A stretch of DNA of 64,000 nt from Candidatus Poribacteria bacterium (lineage in GTDB: Bacteria; Poribacteria; WGA-4E; WGA-3G). The stretch is from positions 544,001-608,000 of the forward strand of contig CAXXUA010000004.1 in NCBI GenBank assembly GCA_963663765.2. Direction: 5' to 3'. The notes beneath the pieces were generated by a model that saw nothing but the letters and a program-made list of their open reading frames with translations, was not told where the DNA came from and made no database searches. The position numbers and the translations under genes were made by a program. This document shows positions 1 to 10,940 of the stretch, piece by piece (position 1 is the first letter of the stretch; each line of letters opens with the position of its first letter).

Positions 1-309
1 TGCGGCTTGCATCATCTCAAATCCACCTGATGCATGCATGTTGATCATGTTTGAACCATGTCTAGTCATCGTACCAACATCCCGCGCCACCGTATTCGGT
101 ATATCGTGAAACTTCAAATCAAGAAAGGTTTTAAATCGTCTTTCTTTCATCCAAGAAAAAACATTAGTGCCAACCGTGGTAATTGCCTGAAAACCTATCT
201 TAACCCAAAAAACAGAATCCATTAACTCATCTGTTATCCAATCAATCTCCTCCCCATCATCCGTATCCAATGCAACGATTAACCTGTTTTTCAATTTATC
301 ATTCTCCAT
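1..309 (-). CDS. pyrF: Orotidine-5'-phosphate decarboxylase (5' part, runs off window)
   Basis: Manual translation from ATG at 309: MENDKLKNRLIVALD...FLDLKFHDIPNTV...NMHASGG; DxKxxDIPNT signature. Confidence 0.93.
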   Translation of the reverse strand, partial: MENDKLKNRLIVALDTDDGEEIDWITDELMDSVFWVKIGFQAITTVGTNVFSWMKERRFKTFLDLKFHDIPNTVARDVGTMTRHGSNMINMHASGGFEMMQAA

Positions 310-319
310 GTGAATAAGC

Positions 320-1813
320 CTAAAGATTGCCCAATACTTCGTCAACTATTCGCTGTGTTTCTTTGTGAGCATCCTCAATTTGATTCTGACATTCATAGAT
401 GTGCTTTGCATTTTCGTTCAACTGATCTTCTATACGGTCAATCATACGATTGACTTCAGACGGAGACGTTCCACCAAGGCTCTGATTGTTTTTAATTGCT
501 AATTCAGCGTCCAGAATCTGTTTTAGCTTTTCAATCTGTATCTCAATTTCTTTCTTTTTCAGGAGTTCTTGGGTTAACTCCATGTCCAAAAACGTCTTTT
601 TCTGCTGCACTAACTCCCCAACCAGCCACCCAACGATTTCATGACATTCACGGAAACTAATCTGATGTTCTTTAACAAGGTAATTCGCTAATTCTGTCGC
701 AGTAGCAAAGTTTGCATTGACTAATTCAACCATTCTTTCATTGTTAAATTTTGTCGTTTTGAGCAGGTTTGGAAGGATATCCAAGCATCCAGTTACAATA
801 TCAAACGCTTCCCATAAAGGGGGTTTGTCTTCCTGAAAATCACGATTATAGCCTAATGGTAAACCTTTGAGATTAGTTAGCAAATCCATTAGTGCGCCAT
901 AAACACGTCCTGTGCGTCCACGTGTAAGTTCAGCGATGTCCGCGTTCTTTTTCTGTGGCATGATGGAGCTTCCCGAACTATATGCATCATCAAGTTCTGC
1001 AATACCATACTCATAAGTTGTCCAATAGATCAGTTCTTCGCTAAGTCGAGATAAATTCGCCATCACAAGTGATAATGCAAAGAGGGTTTCAGCAATAAAG
1101 TCGCGACTGCTAATGACATCAAGCGCATGTTCATGAACCGCATCAAAACCAAGAAGTTCAGTTGTCAAGTTTCGGTCAATCGGGAAAGACGTTCCAGCCA
1201 ATGCACATGCACCAAGCGGATTTGTATTCGTTATTTCATAGGCAGCTCGCAGTCGTTTTTGGTCTCTCAGAAACATACTGATGTATGCCGTTGCCCAAAA
1301 ACCAAGACTAATCGGTTGCGCATGCTGTGTGTGCGTGTAACCGGGTATTACGGTGTCCACATGATCTTTGGCAATACTTAAAAACGCATCACATAAAGAA
1401 GCAACACCACGTTGGATATTCAGTATCTCATCACGGATATATAGGCGCGCATCTACGAGGACCTGATCATTACGAGAACGAGCAGTGTGCAACTTCCCAC
1501 CGAATTCAATCCCTGCGTTATCAATCAGATACGACTCAACGTTCATGTGCACATCTTCTTTATTCGGATTAAGTGTGAAATCTCCATTTTGGAAATCATT
1601 TTCAGCATTACGGAGCCATCGTAATATCTCTTTTAGATCCGTATCGGATAATATTTCCTGTCGTGTGAGCATAATCGCATGCACTTGGCTTCCCCAAATG
1701 TCATATCCGATGAGTCGCGTATCTACATCAATAGAGTGTGTAAAGGCTACTGTTTCTGAGGTGAGACTTTTGCTAAAACGGCCGCTCCAAAGCGTTTTTT
1801 GTGGGTTTGACAT
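320..1813 (-). CDS. argH: Argininosuccinate lyase
   Basis: LWSGRF start, HTARSRNDQV, GYTHTQHAQP and SSGSSIMPQKKN motifs. Confidence 0.97.
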   Translation of the reverse strand: MSNPQKTLWSGRFSKSLTSETVAFTHSIDVDTRLIGYDIWGSQVHAIMLTRQEILSDTDLKEILRWLRNAENDFQNGDFTLNPNKEDVHMNVESYLIDNAGIEFGGKLHTARSRNDQVLVDARLYIRDEILNIQRGVASLCDAFLSIAKDHVDTVIPGYTHTQHAQPISLGFWATAYISMFLRDQKRLRAAYEITNTNPLGACALAGTSFPIDRNLTTELLGFDAVHEHALDVISSRDFIAETLFALSLVMANLSRLSEELIYWTTYEYGIAELDDAYSSGSSIMPQKKNADIAELTRGRTGRVYGALMDLLTNLKGLPLGYNRDFQEDKPPLWEAFDIVTGCLDILPNLLKTTKFNNERMVELVNANFATATELANYLVKEHQISFRECHEIVGWLVGELVQQKKTFLDMELTQELLKKKEIEIQIEKLKQILDAELAIKNNQSLGGTSPSEVNRMIDRIEDQLNENAKHIYECQNQIEDAHKETQRIVDEVLGNL

Positions 1814-1837
1814 ATTTTTTGATTTTATACTAAAGGG

Positions 1838-2156
1838 TTACTTAAAGCCAAGCCACTTATTTACTCCGACCTCAATTAACTCCAATAAGGTTGAGTTTAA
1901 TTTTCCTATTCTACGGATAAAAGTGGTGGGTGAAACAACTGTCAACCCTTGGATGTTGAAAGTACCTTGTGTCAATCCTGCTACAGATAGTGTGACATTA
2001 AAATACAGAATTTCTTGTACTTGTAGTATGCGGCACGACAGAATATAGGGCATAATCAGAATCTGAAAAAGGTATATTCAGAACCAAAGCAGGGCGTGTT
2101 TTCGCAGCGAAGCCAAGATCAGCAAGCCATATTTCTCCTCGTCTAGGAATTGCCAT
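1838..2156 (-). pseudogene. PemK/MazF-family toxin, frameshifted
   Basis: MAIPRRGEIWLADLGFAAKTRPALVL...VVPHTTS, then a stop near 2000; the C-terminal half (FIRRIGKL) continues in another frame to 1838. Confidence 0.8.
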
Positions 2157-2367
2157 TTTCTTTCAACATCTCTTCTTCATCAAGTCGTTTGAAGCTTAAT
2201 GCTGCTACAAAATTCTGATCTTGTTCAGTCCAAATACCATAGTCATCATCGTAGATAATATGAAAATCAAGAGTCCGATATAAATTGTGAATAGCGTGTT
2301 CAATTTACTGCAGTTCGTCTGTGCTTAGTTGCGGTAATACTTCCTCAATTTCTTGAATCGTAGTCAT
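2143..2367 (-). pseudogene. Putative cognate antitoxin with an in-frame TAA
   Basis: MTTIQEIEEVLPQLSTDELQ*IEHAIHNLY...; small acidic ORF whose stop overlaps the toxin start. Confidence 0.65.
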
Positions 2368-2570
2368 AACAAAATACCATCCTTTACAAGTTGAATTAAC
2401 GAAACTAAAATCTATATCAGTACAAACACCCAGCTATTAAATTTACATATACTCATTTCTCAAAAACCGATGACAGATCGTATACTATGGTTAAATTAGA
2501 AAATGAGTTTACATTTCTACAATTTACCATATTGGCCGTCATGTAAGTATCCTATCCTTTTCTTCTCTTT

Positions 2571-2647
2571 GGTAGGAACGACCTCCTTGTCAGGGCTGTT
2601 TTGATACATTGTCTCCATACGGTCGCGACCGGGAGGTCGCTCCTACC
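2571..2647. repeat. GTAG-type REP inverted pair
   Basis: ggtaggaacgacctcc...gggaggtcgctcctacc; related copy at 57855-57898. Confidence 0.65.
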
Positions 2648-2709
2648 TGTGCAAGTGTGTAATTAATTCCATAATTTACCATAATAAACTCTACATAATA
2701 AACTCTACA

Positions 2710-3564
2710 TTAGGTAACCTGTGGAGGTCTTCTCGGTGACATCGGTTGAATAATTGACCGTTGCGCAGGGGTCAAACTTGCTAACAACGCCTCCGAATGC
2801 GGATAATCAAATCGTTCACGAACATACTTTGGAGAATAACGATACACAATTGACCGTCGAAAGCCAGGATTTGTCCGTTCTGCTGAACCGTGGGTAATCG
2901 CATCAGTAAACATCACAACATCCCCTGCCTTCAGATGTACTTCTTGTGTAGCAAATGCTGTTCCTGCGGGTTTACCGGTAATTCCATCGTAAACAATCCC
3001 CTTGCCGTCATGTATCAAACGTGGATGTATCTCGGAACATTTATGACTTCCAGGAATTAGCACAGGAGCACCATCACCCGGACCAATGTCGTTAATCGCC
3101 ATCAAGACATTTATCTGTCCTACAAGCCACTCCCCCGTATTGACTTGACGGAACGTAAGGTAACTCAAAGGAACATGTCCACCACAATGGATATGAATGA
3201 AACCGCCTGGACCACGAACATTCAAGAAGTTCTCGTGAATTGACAGACCATTTACCTCATGCACATACTTCCGTATCATGTTGGTCCAAGCCGGGTGGTC
3301 TATCAACTTTTGAAACACATCTCCACCTTCAATGATATTTTGGAAATTGACACCGTTCTCTATGTTATAGGTATGTGTTTCAATGTTACCGATCCAGCGC
3401 GGAATCCGGTGATTCTCAGGATTCGGTTCCCAAGGTTGTTCTACGTATTCCCAATGATTATCAATCCATTCGTTGATCTTCGTAAGGTCTTCATCCGATA
3501 TCGCATTCTCTAAAATCAGAAATCCTTGCAAATCAAAAAGGTAATCCAGATGTTCCTGATCCAT
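2710..3564 (-). CDS. Phytanoyl-CoA dioxygenase (PhyH) family Fe/2OG oxygenase
   Basis: YLFDLQGFLILENA, IPGSHK, LKAGDVVMF..HGS..R motifs. Confidence 0.85.
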   Translation of the reverse strand: MDQEHLDYLFDLQGFLILENAISDEDLTKINEWIDNHWEYVEQPWEPNPENHRIPRWIGNIETHTYNIENGVNFQNIIEGGDVFQKLIDHPAWTNMIRKYVHEVNGLSIHENFLNVRGPGGFIHIHCGGHVPLSYLTFRQVNTGEWLVGQINVLMAINDIGPGDGAPVLIPGSHKCSEIHPRLIHDGKGIVYDGITGKPAGTAFATQEVHLKAGDVVMFTDAITHGSAERTNPGFRRSIVYRYSPKYVRERFDYPHSEALLASLTPAQRSIIQPMSPRRPPQVT

Positions 3565-3643
3565 ATCTAAACTCCTGAGACTGTCTTGAGTTGGTGCAGT
3601 TTCATCCTACACCGTTCTTCTACTTCCGATTATTGTTCCTTAA

Positions 3644-4447
3644 CTACAAATAAGAATTCAATTCATCTTCTGTCGGTTTAGAAGTTGCAATACCACTTTC
3701 GGGTATCTCAACCTTGGCTGTCCAAGCTATAGCATTGAGGATAAACTTTCGGAGATTGTCATCACCCCAGTTATGATGATGGTGTCCACCCGTAAAACCG
3801 AACCCACGACCACGATCTGCACGTTCTACACACCAACCAAGATGTTGTGGTTCGCCTTTAGCAACGGAGGCGCGAACATGTGGATTCCCACTATGCGGTC
3901 CGTCTGGGCGCGTCAGTGTTGACTCGGGTGCAATCGCACTCAATACAGGAGTGACACCGTCCATATTCTCACGGAAACGCATGTGATAATACCATTCGTC
4001 ATCAAGTGTAAACGGCACTAAACCCCTTGTTGTCGGATGTTCAGGGAAAGATGTAAAACCTGCTGTCCAATGCGGATTGACTGAGAGATGCGTTTCAAAA
4101 TAACCACCAATCCAATCCAAGAAACAATCACCAGCTTTTCCTTTTGGCACCTCAACAGCATAATGCAACATTGCAATTCCCATGCCTTTAGCAGTTAACT
4201 CCGATATCTGGTCAAGATGGGGAATACTGAGATGTCCTCCACCACCATCTGAATAAACTATGATTGCATCTGTATCAGCAAAAATATCAGAATCAGAAGG
4301 CCAACCTTGATGCACAACTGCATCCATACCATCAACAACTGCATTTAACTGATCTGCTAAGAAAGAACATCCTCCCGGATGTTCATGCGACCCACTTCCA
4401 TGACTCGCTCTACCAGCAACAAAAACTATTCGCGTCTTTTTAGACAT
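3644..4447 (-). CDS. ThuA-like (class I GATase-like fold) protein
   Basis: SHGSGSHEH, DGGGGH, LHYAV, DEWYY, FTGGHHH motifs. Confidence 0.8.
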   Translation of the reverse strand: MSKKTRIVFVAGRASHGSGSHEHPGGCSFLADQLNAVVDGMDAVVHQGWPSDSDIFADTDAIIVYSDGGGGHLSIPHLDQISELTAKGMGIAMLHYAVEVPKGKAGDCFLDWIGGYFETHLSVNPHWTAGFTSFPEHPTTRGLVPFTLDDEWYYHMRFRENMDGVTPVLSAIAPESTLTRPDGPHSGNPHVRASVAKGEPQHLGWCVERADRGRGFGFTGGHHHHNWGDDNLRKFILNAIAWTAKVEIPESGIATSKPTEDELNSYL

Positions 4448-4569
4448 ATAAACTCCAATAAGAATTAATCATTTAGGGATAACCAACCGTAATCAATGCA
4501 ATACTCATTAAAATAGAATCTGATTTTACATCTTCTATCTGTCTATGTCAATCCATTAATCAAACAAAA

Positions 4570-5085
4570 TCAAATTCCCATTCCAAGAGCAACTGCTGCC
4601 AACAGAATCAACAACGATACTACACCCATCAAACTTGACACTATAGACATCTGCGTCCGGAGTGGTTTTACTTCAGGGGGTAATTCTTCTAAAGATTCGT
4701 CTAATCCATCTATTGCAGACAGCATCTTTGGTGCAAAAAATATACTATGTAGAAATGTCAGGATCAGTAAAGCAATAAAAAGTATAAGTTTGATAAGTAA
4801 TGTCCTCATGAAAGGGTTGTTGTCAACATTAGCAGAACCATCAAAACTAATAAAATAGGTAATGATGTTTGCAATTCCTGTAACAAAAAGCACAAGTACA
4901 CAACCCCATACAATCGGTTCAAACCTTTTCCCAATATCTGACAATAACTTAATACGTTGAACGGGTGGCAAATTCTGCCGAAAATATGGAACAATGACCA
5001 TTGCTAATATGAGGTTACCACCAATCCACACAACAGCAGCCATAACATGAATCCATCTAATTAATAACCAAAATAATTCTGGCAT
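4570..5085 (-). CDS. CopD/DUF4149-like four-TM membrane protein
   Basis: IHVMAAVVWIGG motif and four hydrophobic segments. Confidence 0.65.
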   Translation of the reverse strand: MPELFWLLIRWIHVMAAVVWIGGNLILAMVIVPYFRQNLPPVQRIKLLSDIGKRFEPIVWGCVLVLFVTGIANIITYFISFDGSANVDNNPFMRTLLIKLILFIALLILTFLHSIFFAPKMLSAIDGLDESLEELPPEVKPLRTQMSIVSSLMGVVSLLILLAAVALGMGI

Positions 5086-5130
5086 ATTCTAATTTCCCTA
5101 TCTGTTTTGCATGACACGTTTCATTTTACT

Positions 5131-5251
5131 CAGGACTTACGTAAAAACGGTAGGCGTGCTTTGTAAGCGCGCCGGAAACCTAAAAAATGCTGAAAATTAC
5201 ATCGTTTTCGTCTTAATTCTTGATTGGATCATGAAAACTGCGTAAGTCCTG
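5131..5251. mobile_element. MITE family A (TIR CAGGACTTACG)
   Basis: TIRs plus 5-bp TSD TTACT (5126-5130 and 5252-5256). Confidence 0.85.
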
Positions 5252-5265
5252 TTACTTTTTGTGTA

Positions 5266-6888
5266 TTATTCGGAACCTTCAAAGTGATGAATAATTAAAT
5301 CCGCTCGTGATATAAGTGATTTGCGTTCCTCAGATGACATCAATACAGGAGAAAACCGATGATAATCACATTTTGAGAGAATATCCAAAAACTCTTTTTG
5401 TATACGTACCGGTATCTTTGCTTTTTGACATATCGCTTGAATTTCAGTTGTAGTCAATTTACGGTATGTTAAACCTTCCCGATCACCAAGATATTGATAT
5501 AGAATACGAGTTAAGGCTTCCTCATAGGTTGTACTATTCGTTTCAAAATTTCCTTCTCTCAACGATTCCAACGCAGTAAAGGCTTTTTGTGCAGGAGTTA
5601 CTGTGTCTACCTGTGTTATTACGCGGGACGGTTTCAGTTTGACACGATACAGAAAAAAAATCGCTAAAATTATACCAGCAAGAATCGGAATAACGGTTAA
5701 CGCCAATAGCCAAGATTGAAAAGTAGAATCTTTACTTACAATTCTTATTGGATTAGCTACTGCAGTGATGTTTATCGGATCTGTTTTTGATATCTGATAA
5801 CTATGTGTTTTTGGATTGAAAAATACAAATTCTATTTCGGGAATCTGTAAAAACCCAGACCTTAAAGGCATAAACACATAAGTGTAAACGCTACTTTGGA
5901 GTGTTTTACTTTCAACTTGAATGGGTTGTTCCACTCTGAAACCACTCACAGATGAGATTTTTGGAGGTTTCACCGTTTTTAAATTGCCTTTTCCACTGAT
6001 TGTCAGAGATAAGGTCAATGCTTTTCTTATTTCAAGTCTATTTCGATCCACCTGTGTAGTGACTTCATAATCACCTACCGCGCCGGTAAAATTCGCAGGT
6101 TTTCCAAGTTCAGGCAGTGGTTGCACAGTCAATGCTAAAGTTTTCGTCTTTAGAGTCTTTGGATGGTCTTTTATCGGTAGCTTCAATTGTGCAGGATTGA
6201 TCAGCACTCTACCAGTTTCCCTCGGATATAAAAGGCGCAAGTATTTTTGAACTTGATAAGTAATCCCATTTATTGTTTCAGTAATACCCTCTTGCTCTGG
6301 TTGTTCTTCGACAATAAACTCAGGAAATTCGGGCAGAACAGGCATAATCGGTTCCATTGTTGGCAACACAGTGGTATAAAGGTAACGAAACTCATACTCA
6401 ATCGGTTCGTTTAGATACGGTTTTGAATTATTGATCTTAGCTTCAATTTTGTGGATACCCCCAGTTAGGGTGTGCCGATATGTGTCAACAGCACTGACAA
6501 TGATTGCACCAGGATTTGTTATATATGGAACTCCCTGATACAAGAATTGTATGTCCGATAAAGCAATCTTACCGACCTTTTGCGGTATAAGCTCATAAAA
6601 CCACGCCATTTTAACAGCTAATTTATTATCAACCAAATAAGTATTAGTTTTGGAATGTAGTGGAACTACAAGGAAATCCGGTAAGAAATCAAAACTCGGA
6701 GTCCCAATATACTTCATCTGTGTATTCCCAGAAATCGTCAGTTCTAAGGTTGCTTTCTCGTTGTATTGAATATGACGTGGACTGATAGCAGCTGCAACTT
6801 GCACATCATCACTAAATGATGCTGTAGTGTACAATATAAGCATTAGAACGTGTGTTGTAATACCTAAAAAATACTGGAAACGAGACAT
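5266..6888 (-). CDS. batD: BatD-family protein
   Basis: Signal peptide, FTGAVG motif, C-terminal TM; follows a batC-like TPR gene; start re-called at ATG 6888. Confidence 0.8.
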   Translation of the reverse strand: MSRFQYFLGITTHVLMLILYTTASFSDDVQVAAAISPRHIQYNEKATLELTISGNTQMKYIGTPSFDFLPDFLVVPLHSKTNTYLVDNKLAVKMAWFYELIPQKVGKIALSDIQFLYQGVPYITNPGAIIVSAVDTYRHTLTGGIHKIEAKINNSKPYLNEPIEYEFRYLYTTVLPTMEPIMPVLPEFPEFIVEEQPEQEGITETINGITYQVQKYLRLLYPRETGRVLINPAQLKLPIKDHPKTLKTKTLALTVQPLPELGKPANFTGAVGDYEVTTQVDRNRLEIRKALTLSLTISGKGNLKTVKPPKISSVSGFRVEQPIQVESKTLQSSVYTYVFMPLRSGFLQIPEIEFVFFNPKTHSYQISKTDPINITAVANPIRIVSKDSTFQSWLLALTVIPILAGIILAIFFLYRVKLKPSRVITQVDTVTPAQKAFTALESLREGNFETNSTTYEEALTRILYQYLGDREGLTYRKLTTTEIQAICQKAKIPVRIQKEFLDILSKCDYHRFSPVLMSSEERKSLISRADLIIHHFEGSE

Positions 6889-6895
6889 TTTTATT

Positions 6896-7522
6896 TTACC
6901 AATCTTTATCTCGTCTGTAACTACTATTGAGTTGTTGTTTAAGTATATTTTGACGATGTTTGTTTTCATTCTGGGTGAGTCGTTCAAGGAGTTTTTGTGC
7001 ATCTGATTTTGACATGTTATTCGGTTCAGATTGAGTTTTATTATTGTGTGAATCTGATTTGTCTTGTTGTCCTATCAAGTTTTCTTGTTGTTGCTTGAGC
7101 AGCTGAAGTGCCAAAGTTAAATTATATTTGGCATCAACGTCTTTCGGTTGTATTTGGAGTGAGTGTTTATACGAATCAATTGCTCCAGTAAAATCCTGCA
7201 TCTGAAACTGCGCATTACCTATATTGTAATATACATCTGCTTCATTAGGTATATTCCCTTTCAACAGTGACTTCCTAAATGTTGTAGCAGCTTCCTGGTA
7301 TTTTCCCTTCTTATACAGGGCAGCAGCGAGATTATAATGAGCAATATGATTGTTAGGTTGATTTATTGCTGCATCTTGAAATACTTGTACAGCTACATCA
7401 TAGTCCTTGTTCCAATATGCTTCATTGCCGGTTTTCATCAAGCGCGACCAACTACCAAACCAACCAACAAGAAAGACAAGTATTAGAAGTATCATTGTAG
7501 TACGTATCATCAATCTCATCAT
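6896..7522 (-). CDS. BatC-like TPR protein
   Basis: GNEAY, YYNIGNAQF, DAKYNL TPR motifs, Q/N-rich linker, C-terminal DKDW. Confidence 0.8.
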   Translation of the reverse strand: MMRLMIRTTMILLILVFLVGWFGSWSRLMKTGNEAYWNKDYDVAVQVFQDAAINQPNNHIAHYNLAAALYKKGKYQEAATTFRKSLLKGNIPNEADVYYNIGNAQFQMQDFTGAIDSYKHSLQIQPKDVDAKYNLTLALQLLKQQQENLIGQQDKSDSHNNKTQSEPNNMSKSDAQKLLERLTQNENKHRQNILKQQLNSSYRRDKDW

Positions 7523-7532
7523 GTTTCTATTC

Positions 7533-8953
7533 TGACATACTCCCCAAGCTAAAGCATGGGGGTTCTTAGTTCTTATATTGGAAACGGTTTGAGTTGTTTC
7601 CAAACGACTTTTCCTGCTTCCGTGTCTCGTGCCCTTTCCTGAACAGCTTTGGGTCTTATTTGCACTCCACAGGCGTGACTTTCGGTGTGTCCCACCGTAG
7701 TTGGTTTCAAGTTTATTGCAGCATTGACATCTCTATCTATAGACATATCACATTGACTGCAGTGATACATTCTTTCTGAAAGTGTTAGGTCTTTCTTTTT
7801 GTGTCCACAACCGGAACAGGTTTTACTACTTGCAAAGAACATATCTGCTTCTTTGACAGGTATACCGCGCACTTCTGCTTTTGTCTTGAGTTTTAGCAGG
7901 AAACTGCCTAATGCTGTATCTGACAATGCTTTTGCGAGGTTTCTGTTCTTCAGCATATTAGTAACCTTGAGTGTCTCAATACCGATCACAGATGCGAGGT
8001 TGACAATCTCTGTAGTTGCTTTATGATGTGCATCGTTTCGGATACAAGCGATACGATAGTAGTTACGTTCTAACTTGTGTTTTTGTTTGAACCAGTTGTT
8101 AGACTTGAAAACTTTTCTACTTAATCTACGTTGTTCTCTTGCTAACTTCTTTTCATATCGTTTCAGGGGTCTTGGATTATCATATTTCGTGCCATCACTC
8201 AATGTGGCAAGTGTGTTTATGCCTACATCTATACCAATCACAGGGTGCGTTGAGTTATCAACTGCTTCGGTGTCCTCTGTTTCTATGGTGATAGATACAA
8301 ACCAACGATGTGCTGTCCTTGAGATCGTCACTTTCATAATCTTACCCACAAAACGCAATGATTCAAACATTCTAATCCAACCAATCTTAGGAAGTTTGAT
8401 ACGCTTACCTTCAACTTCTACAGATTGATTATTTGTGGTGAATGCGTCCTTTTTGCCACGCTTCTTGAACTTCGGAAATCTCGCACGCTTACCAACCCAA
8501 TTCGCAAGCGCAGCAGACAAGTTACCAAATATGCTTTTATTGGCTACAACCTGATCCATATCTTTAGTCCAAGCATGTGCTTTCTTAGCAATATTAAATC
8601 GAGTGTTTAACTTCGCAGCGGATAAGAACTCATCATTTGCCAATGCAGACTTGAAATCTGCTAATGCATGATTATATGCAAATCTCGCATAGCCACACTG
8701 TTGTGCAAACCATTTGCGTTGATTGTTATTTGGATTCAATGCAATCTTATGTGTTTTTAGCATGATGATATTCCAGTCCTATGAAGACGTCAGTTCCCTC
8801 TACTAAAGGTGTGTAGGTGTTAGTAGCACCTACACTGAACTGGTATAATGAGTATCTCATGTTTTAAACCAAAAATCAAGTTTTTTCTTGACACAAGCAC
8901 TTAGCACGACTACATCCCACTACCTAAAGGTAGGGGTTTTGTCGTGATTCTTG
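7533..8953 (-). mobile_element. IS200/IS605-family element, tnpB only (IS1341-like)
   Basis: Similar subterminal hairpins in direct orientation (ccccaagctaaagcatggggg near 7542; cccactacctaaaggtagggg near 8916); no tnpA; exact ends inferred. Confidence 0.7.
7573..8763 (-). CDS. tnpB: RNA-guided endonuclease TnpB
   Basis: HTH_OrfB-type N-terminus, RuvC-I GIDVG, RuvC-II IGIETL, zinc finger CSGC/CSQC, RuvC-III DRDVNAAINL. Confidence 0.95.
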   Translation of the reverse strand: MLKTHKIALNPNNNQRKWFAQQCGYARFAYNHALADFKSALANDEFLSAAKLNTRFNIAKKAHAWTKDMDQVVANKSIFGNLSAALANWVGKRARFPKFKKRGKKDAFTTNNQSVEVEGKRIKLPKIGWIRMFESLRFVGKIMKVTISRTAHRWFVSITIETEDTEAVDNSTHPVIGIDVGINTLATLSDGTKYDNPRPLKRYEKKLAREQRRLSRKVFKSNNWFKQKHKLERNYYRIACIRNDAHHKATTEIVNLASVIGIETLKVTNMLKNRNLAKALSDTALGSFLLKLKTKAEVRGIPVKEADMFFASSKTCSGCGHKKKDLTLSERMYHCSQCDMSIDRDVNAAINLKPTTVGHTESHACGVQIRPKAVQERARDTEAGKVVWKQLKPFPI

Positions 8954-9119
8954 ATAAAAAAGAGCAGCAGATGAGAACCAAATGTCCGATTTGTCGTTAA
9001 GGTGTGATAGTGAGATATATCACACACTCATTGTTACGTGTGCAGTTCTCTATAGTAGGACATTGTCTAAACATTGATTGTAAAAGGTATAAACAACATT
9101 GTGAGAAATGTCAACTTAT

Positions 9120-9905
9120 CTATTCTTCCTCTTCCTTGCGATTCTGATCCTTCTTCAAGAATGGACTTAGCAGATCAATTGGTATTGGGAAGATAACGGT
9201 AGAGTTCTTTTCTGCACTAACTTCTACTAAAGCTTGAAGAAACCTTAGTTGTACAGAGGTCGGTGTCTTACTAAGTATTTCTGCTGCATTCGTTAGTACC
9301 TCTGCAGACTCAAATTCACCTTCAGCATGTGTGATTTTTGCCCTACGTTCACGTTCAGCTTCAGCTTGTTTTGCCATTGCACGCTGCATTTCAACTGGAA
9401 GGTCAACGTGTTTTATCTCCATAGTGATCACCTCAACACCCCACGGTTCACACTGCTTTTTTATTATTTCCTCTAAATCCTGATTGAGTTTTTCTCGTTC
9501 AGAGAGAAGATCATCAAGTTCCGCGCGTCCAAGAACGCTACGGAGCGTAGTCTGTGCTACTTGAGAGATAGCAAAACCGAATTCTTCTACCTCAATTACT
9601 GCTTTGTCTGGTGCGGTTACTCGAAATGTCAGAACTGCATTGACACTCACCGAGACGTTGTCTTTTGTGATTACATCTTGCGGTGTAACATCATTTACGA
9701 TAACGCGAAGACTAATCCGTTGCATCCTTTCAATCCAGAATGGGATTAATAGAACCAATCCAGGACCACGTGTGTTAGTGAACCGTCCTAAACGGAATAT
9801 GACTGCGCGTTCATATTCCTTTAAGACCCGAACGCTTGTCGCAATCATAATAACAACAACACCAATAGCAATAGCAATATAAATTGGATCAATTCCTTCT
9901 AGCAT
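9120..9905 (-). CDS. SPFH/band-7 stomatin-like protein
   Basis: [33 protein letters not shown]. Confidence 0.93.
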   Translation of the reverse strand: MLEGIDPIYIAIAIGVVVIMIATSVRVLKEYERAVIFRLGRFTNTRGPGLVLLIPFWIERMQRISLRVIVNDVTPQDVITKDNVSVSVNAVLTFRVTAPDKAVIEVEEFGFAISQVAQTTLRSVLGRAELDDLLSEREKLNQDLEEIIKKQCEPWGVEVITMEIKHVDLPVEMQRAMAKQAEAERERRAKITHAEGEFESAEVLTNAAEILSKTPTSVQLRFLQALVEVSAEKNSTVIFPIPIDLLSPFLKKDQNRKEEEE

Positions 9906-9920
9906 ACTAAGTTATCCTCT

Positions 9921-10940
9921 CTATGGGTTAATCCCAGTGATGTCGCTAACCTTCTTAAAAAATGCTTGTTTACGAGGTGTGTTTAATTGCCATTTCACAG
10001 GAACCGATTGGTATCCGTGGTGATAGTCATTTTCTCCTGGATCAAAATATCCCCACGAAGCGTATTGACTGACTGCAGCCATGAAGTTATTCATAGGTTT
10101 GTCAAAGTTAAAATGGTCATCTTCGTTGAAGAGAATAGGCATTGGCTTATAACCGGGGACATGTCGCGTCTGTTGAACCATCTCCATAATACGATTTGGA
10201 TCTTTGACTCCATTACCGTGGATAAGTATAAAATCTGATGCACGTACAACATTCTCAAATGGTACTCTCCCACCACCATAACTTGTCCCTACAAGATACC
10301 TTCTTCCATCACGTGTCGTACCTTTCACACGTTCAATGAGTTCATTCACCCTTTCTGGTTGAAGAATTTCATGAGAATATCTCACATTACATTCGTTGTT
10401 AACTTCAACAATGACGTTGGTATAACCATTGTCAAACAACCAATTTGTAGCGTTATCCGTGGCTTGTTTTACTGCTTCCTCATCCTTTAGTCTGTGATCT
10501 TGTCCAAAGTAGAAGTATCCGAGAATAACTACCATGCCAAGTTCATCAGCAAAATCAATTATACGTTTGAGACGAGCCAGATAATCTGCATTGAGACTAC
10601 CATCTGCTTCTATGCCGGAATTGTGCCAGGGTTGTTTTTTTGAATACCCTTCTGGACTGCCACCTTGCAAGTTTATAGTAAATGCTAATAAACCGTGTGC
10701 ACGCCATACTGGCATTGCAGAAAGGAATTCCCTTGTGTTCCGTTCAGGATCCCATTTACCCGTATCTGGGTATTCCCATCTGTGGAGTGTCTCTGGATTC
10801 CTATCGTCAAAGATACCTTGTACCATTCTCGAGTTGAGCAGCAATCCCTCAATTTTGTGACCTTCATAGTTTCTTCCAGAATAGCTGATTTCATCGTTTA
10901 TATAGAATGCATCTTCAACGATACTAACTTTTGTATTCAT
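9921..10940 (-). CDS. Glycoside-hydrolase-like TIM-barrel protein
   Basis: VEVNNE acid/base-like motif, FNEDDH, GYFD. Confidence 0.55.
   Translation of the reverse strand: MNTKVSIVEDAFYINDEISYSGRNYEGHKIEGLLLNSRMVQGIFDDRNPETLHRWEYPDTGKWDPERNTREFLSAMPVWRAHGLLAFTINLQGGSPEGYSKKQPWHNSGIEADGSLNADYLARLKRIIDFADELGMVVILGYFYFGQDHRLKDEEAVKQATDNATNWLFDNGYTNVIVEVNNECNVRYSHEILQPERVNELIERVKGTTRDGRRYLVGTSYGGGRVPFENVVRASDFILIHGNGVKDPNRIMEMVQQTRHVPGYKPMPILFNEDDHFNFDKPMNNFMAAVSQYASWGYFDPGENDYHHGYQSVPVKWQLNTPRKQAFFKKVSDITGINP

Noticed and set aside
7523-7603. N-terminal extension of the batC-like ORF
   Set aside because: The extension lies within the tnpB 3' end and IS right end; the true start is near 7522
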